Of a stretch of 64,000 bases of DNA, positions 63,337-64,000 are shown piece after piece (position 1 is the first letter of the stretch; each line of letters opens with the position of its first letter). A program made the position numbers and the translations under genes. Under the pieces are notes generated by a model, which was given only the letters and a program-made list of their open reading frames with translations, was not told the DNA's origin and did not search any database. Location of the stretch: positions 89,156,001-89,220,000 of the forward strand of contig OX597819.1 in the NCBI GenBank assembly GCA_951406725.2, in the 5' to 3' direction. The stretch is from Octopus vulgaris (lineage: Eukaryota).

Positions 63337-64000
63337 GAAGAAGAAGAAGGCCCCGAATTCCTGTTAAAATACACTGCCTTTGTTTTAATTAATCTAGGTA
63401 ATAATGAAGAATTTCGTGAAATAACTTCATCATTGTCAAACTGGAGTTTGGAACATAAATTGATATGAAATTTTTATGGAAGGTTTTCATTTCACTTTAA
63501 AATAGGAAATTTACGTCATAAAACCACGGGCGGTTTTTTATCAAAAGAGTGAACACATTAGATGCTACTCTCCTCGCAGTAATTGAAACTCACTGAAGTT
63601 ATCTTACATGAACTCGGAACATTATCTGTTTCATAATACCTTTAACATTTCTTCTCTATTGAAGCCCAAGTTTCAAAACTCTTTGATTTATCTCTCTTCC
63701 TCACCCAAAGAGACCAAACGGACACGGTTGAATGACATACGAGTGGTATTAAGGGTTTGGACAATATCCTCTCACAGGTGCGGAACTTCACTAAGTTTTG
63801 AGTTCAGTTAACCTTTGCTGGAGTTAACTGAGATCTTTATTTGACCATAGAAATCAGTTAAATAATGAACACCTTATAATTTTGTTTTCCTTTATCATTA
63901 TATATATATATATATATTTATATATAATATTTGATTCACAGGACAATTCCGATCGAGCAGACATAAGCTCAAAGATGTTCCAGCTGTAACCAAGTTATCT

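Noticed and set aside
492-63811. The ORFs in the supplied track as protein-coding genes
   Set aside because: They are short, low-complexity (F/I/Y/L/K-rich) or are recurrent translations of SINEs and MITEs, e.g. FLQLDALPNAN, NWYLFNRP, MNSERNGRRNT.

Overview
AT-rich, microsatellite-laden eukaryotic DNA. The SINE families match those I recall from octopus (Octopodidae), so this is most likely an octopus genome; that is inference from repeat content. None of the tracked ORFs looks like a real protein. The window is mostly intronic or intergenic and dominated by mobile DNA: at least six tRNA- or RTE-related SINE families, RTE LINE remnants, MITEs of hAT, piggyBac, Tc1/mariner/pogo and probable Merlin type (many with visible TIRs and TSDs), Helitron relics, and Penelope-like remnants carrying decayed minimal hammerhead ribozymes. 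The only gene-like piece is a minus-strand signal-peptide-like first exon at 61617-61662, below a GC-box promoter. CpG-poor blocks (about 1-23.5 kb and 45.5-58 kb) alternate with CpG-retaining blocks, suggesting methylated gene bodies whose coding exons I could not find. Most notable: a tRNA-headed element fused to a hammerhead ribozyme (19332-19575), tandem H-type pseudoknot-like modules in one SINE family, a 200-bp fold-back palindrome, and a minisatellite with higher-order structure. Family letters (A-H) are my own labels. All alignments and folds were done by eye, and boundaries of decayed repeats are approximate.
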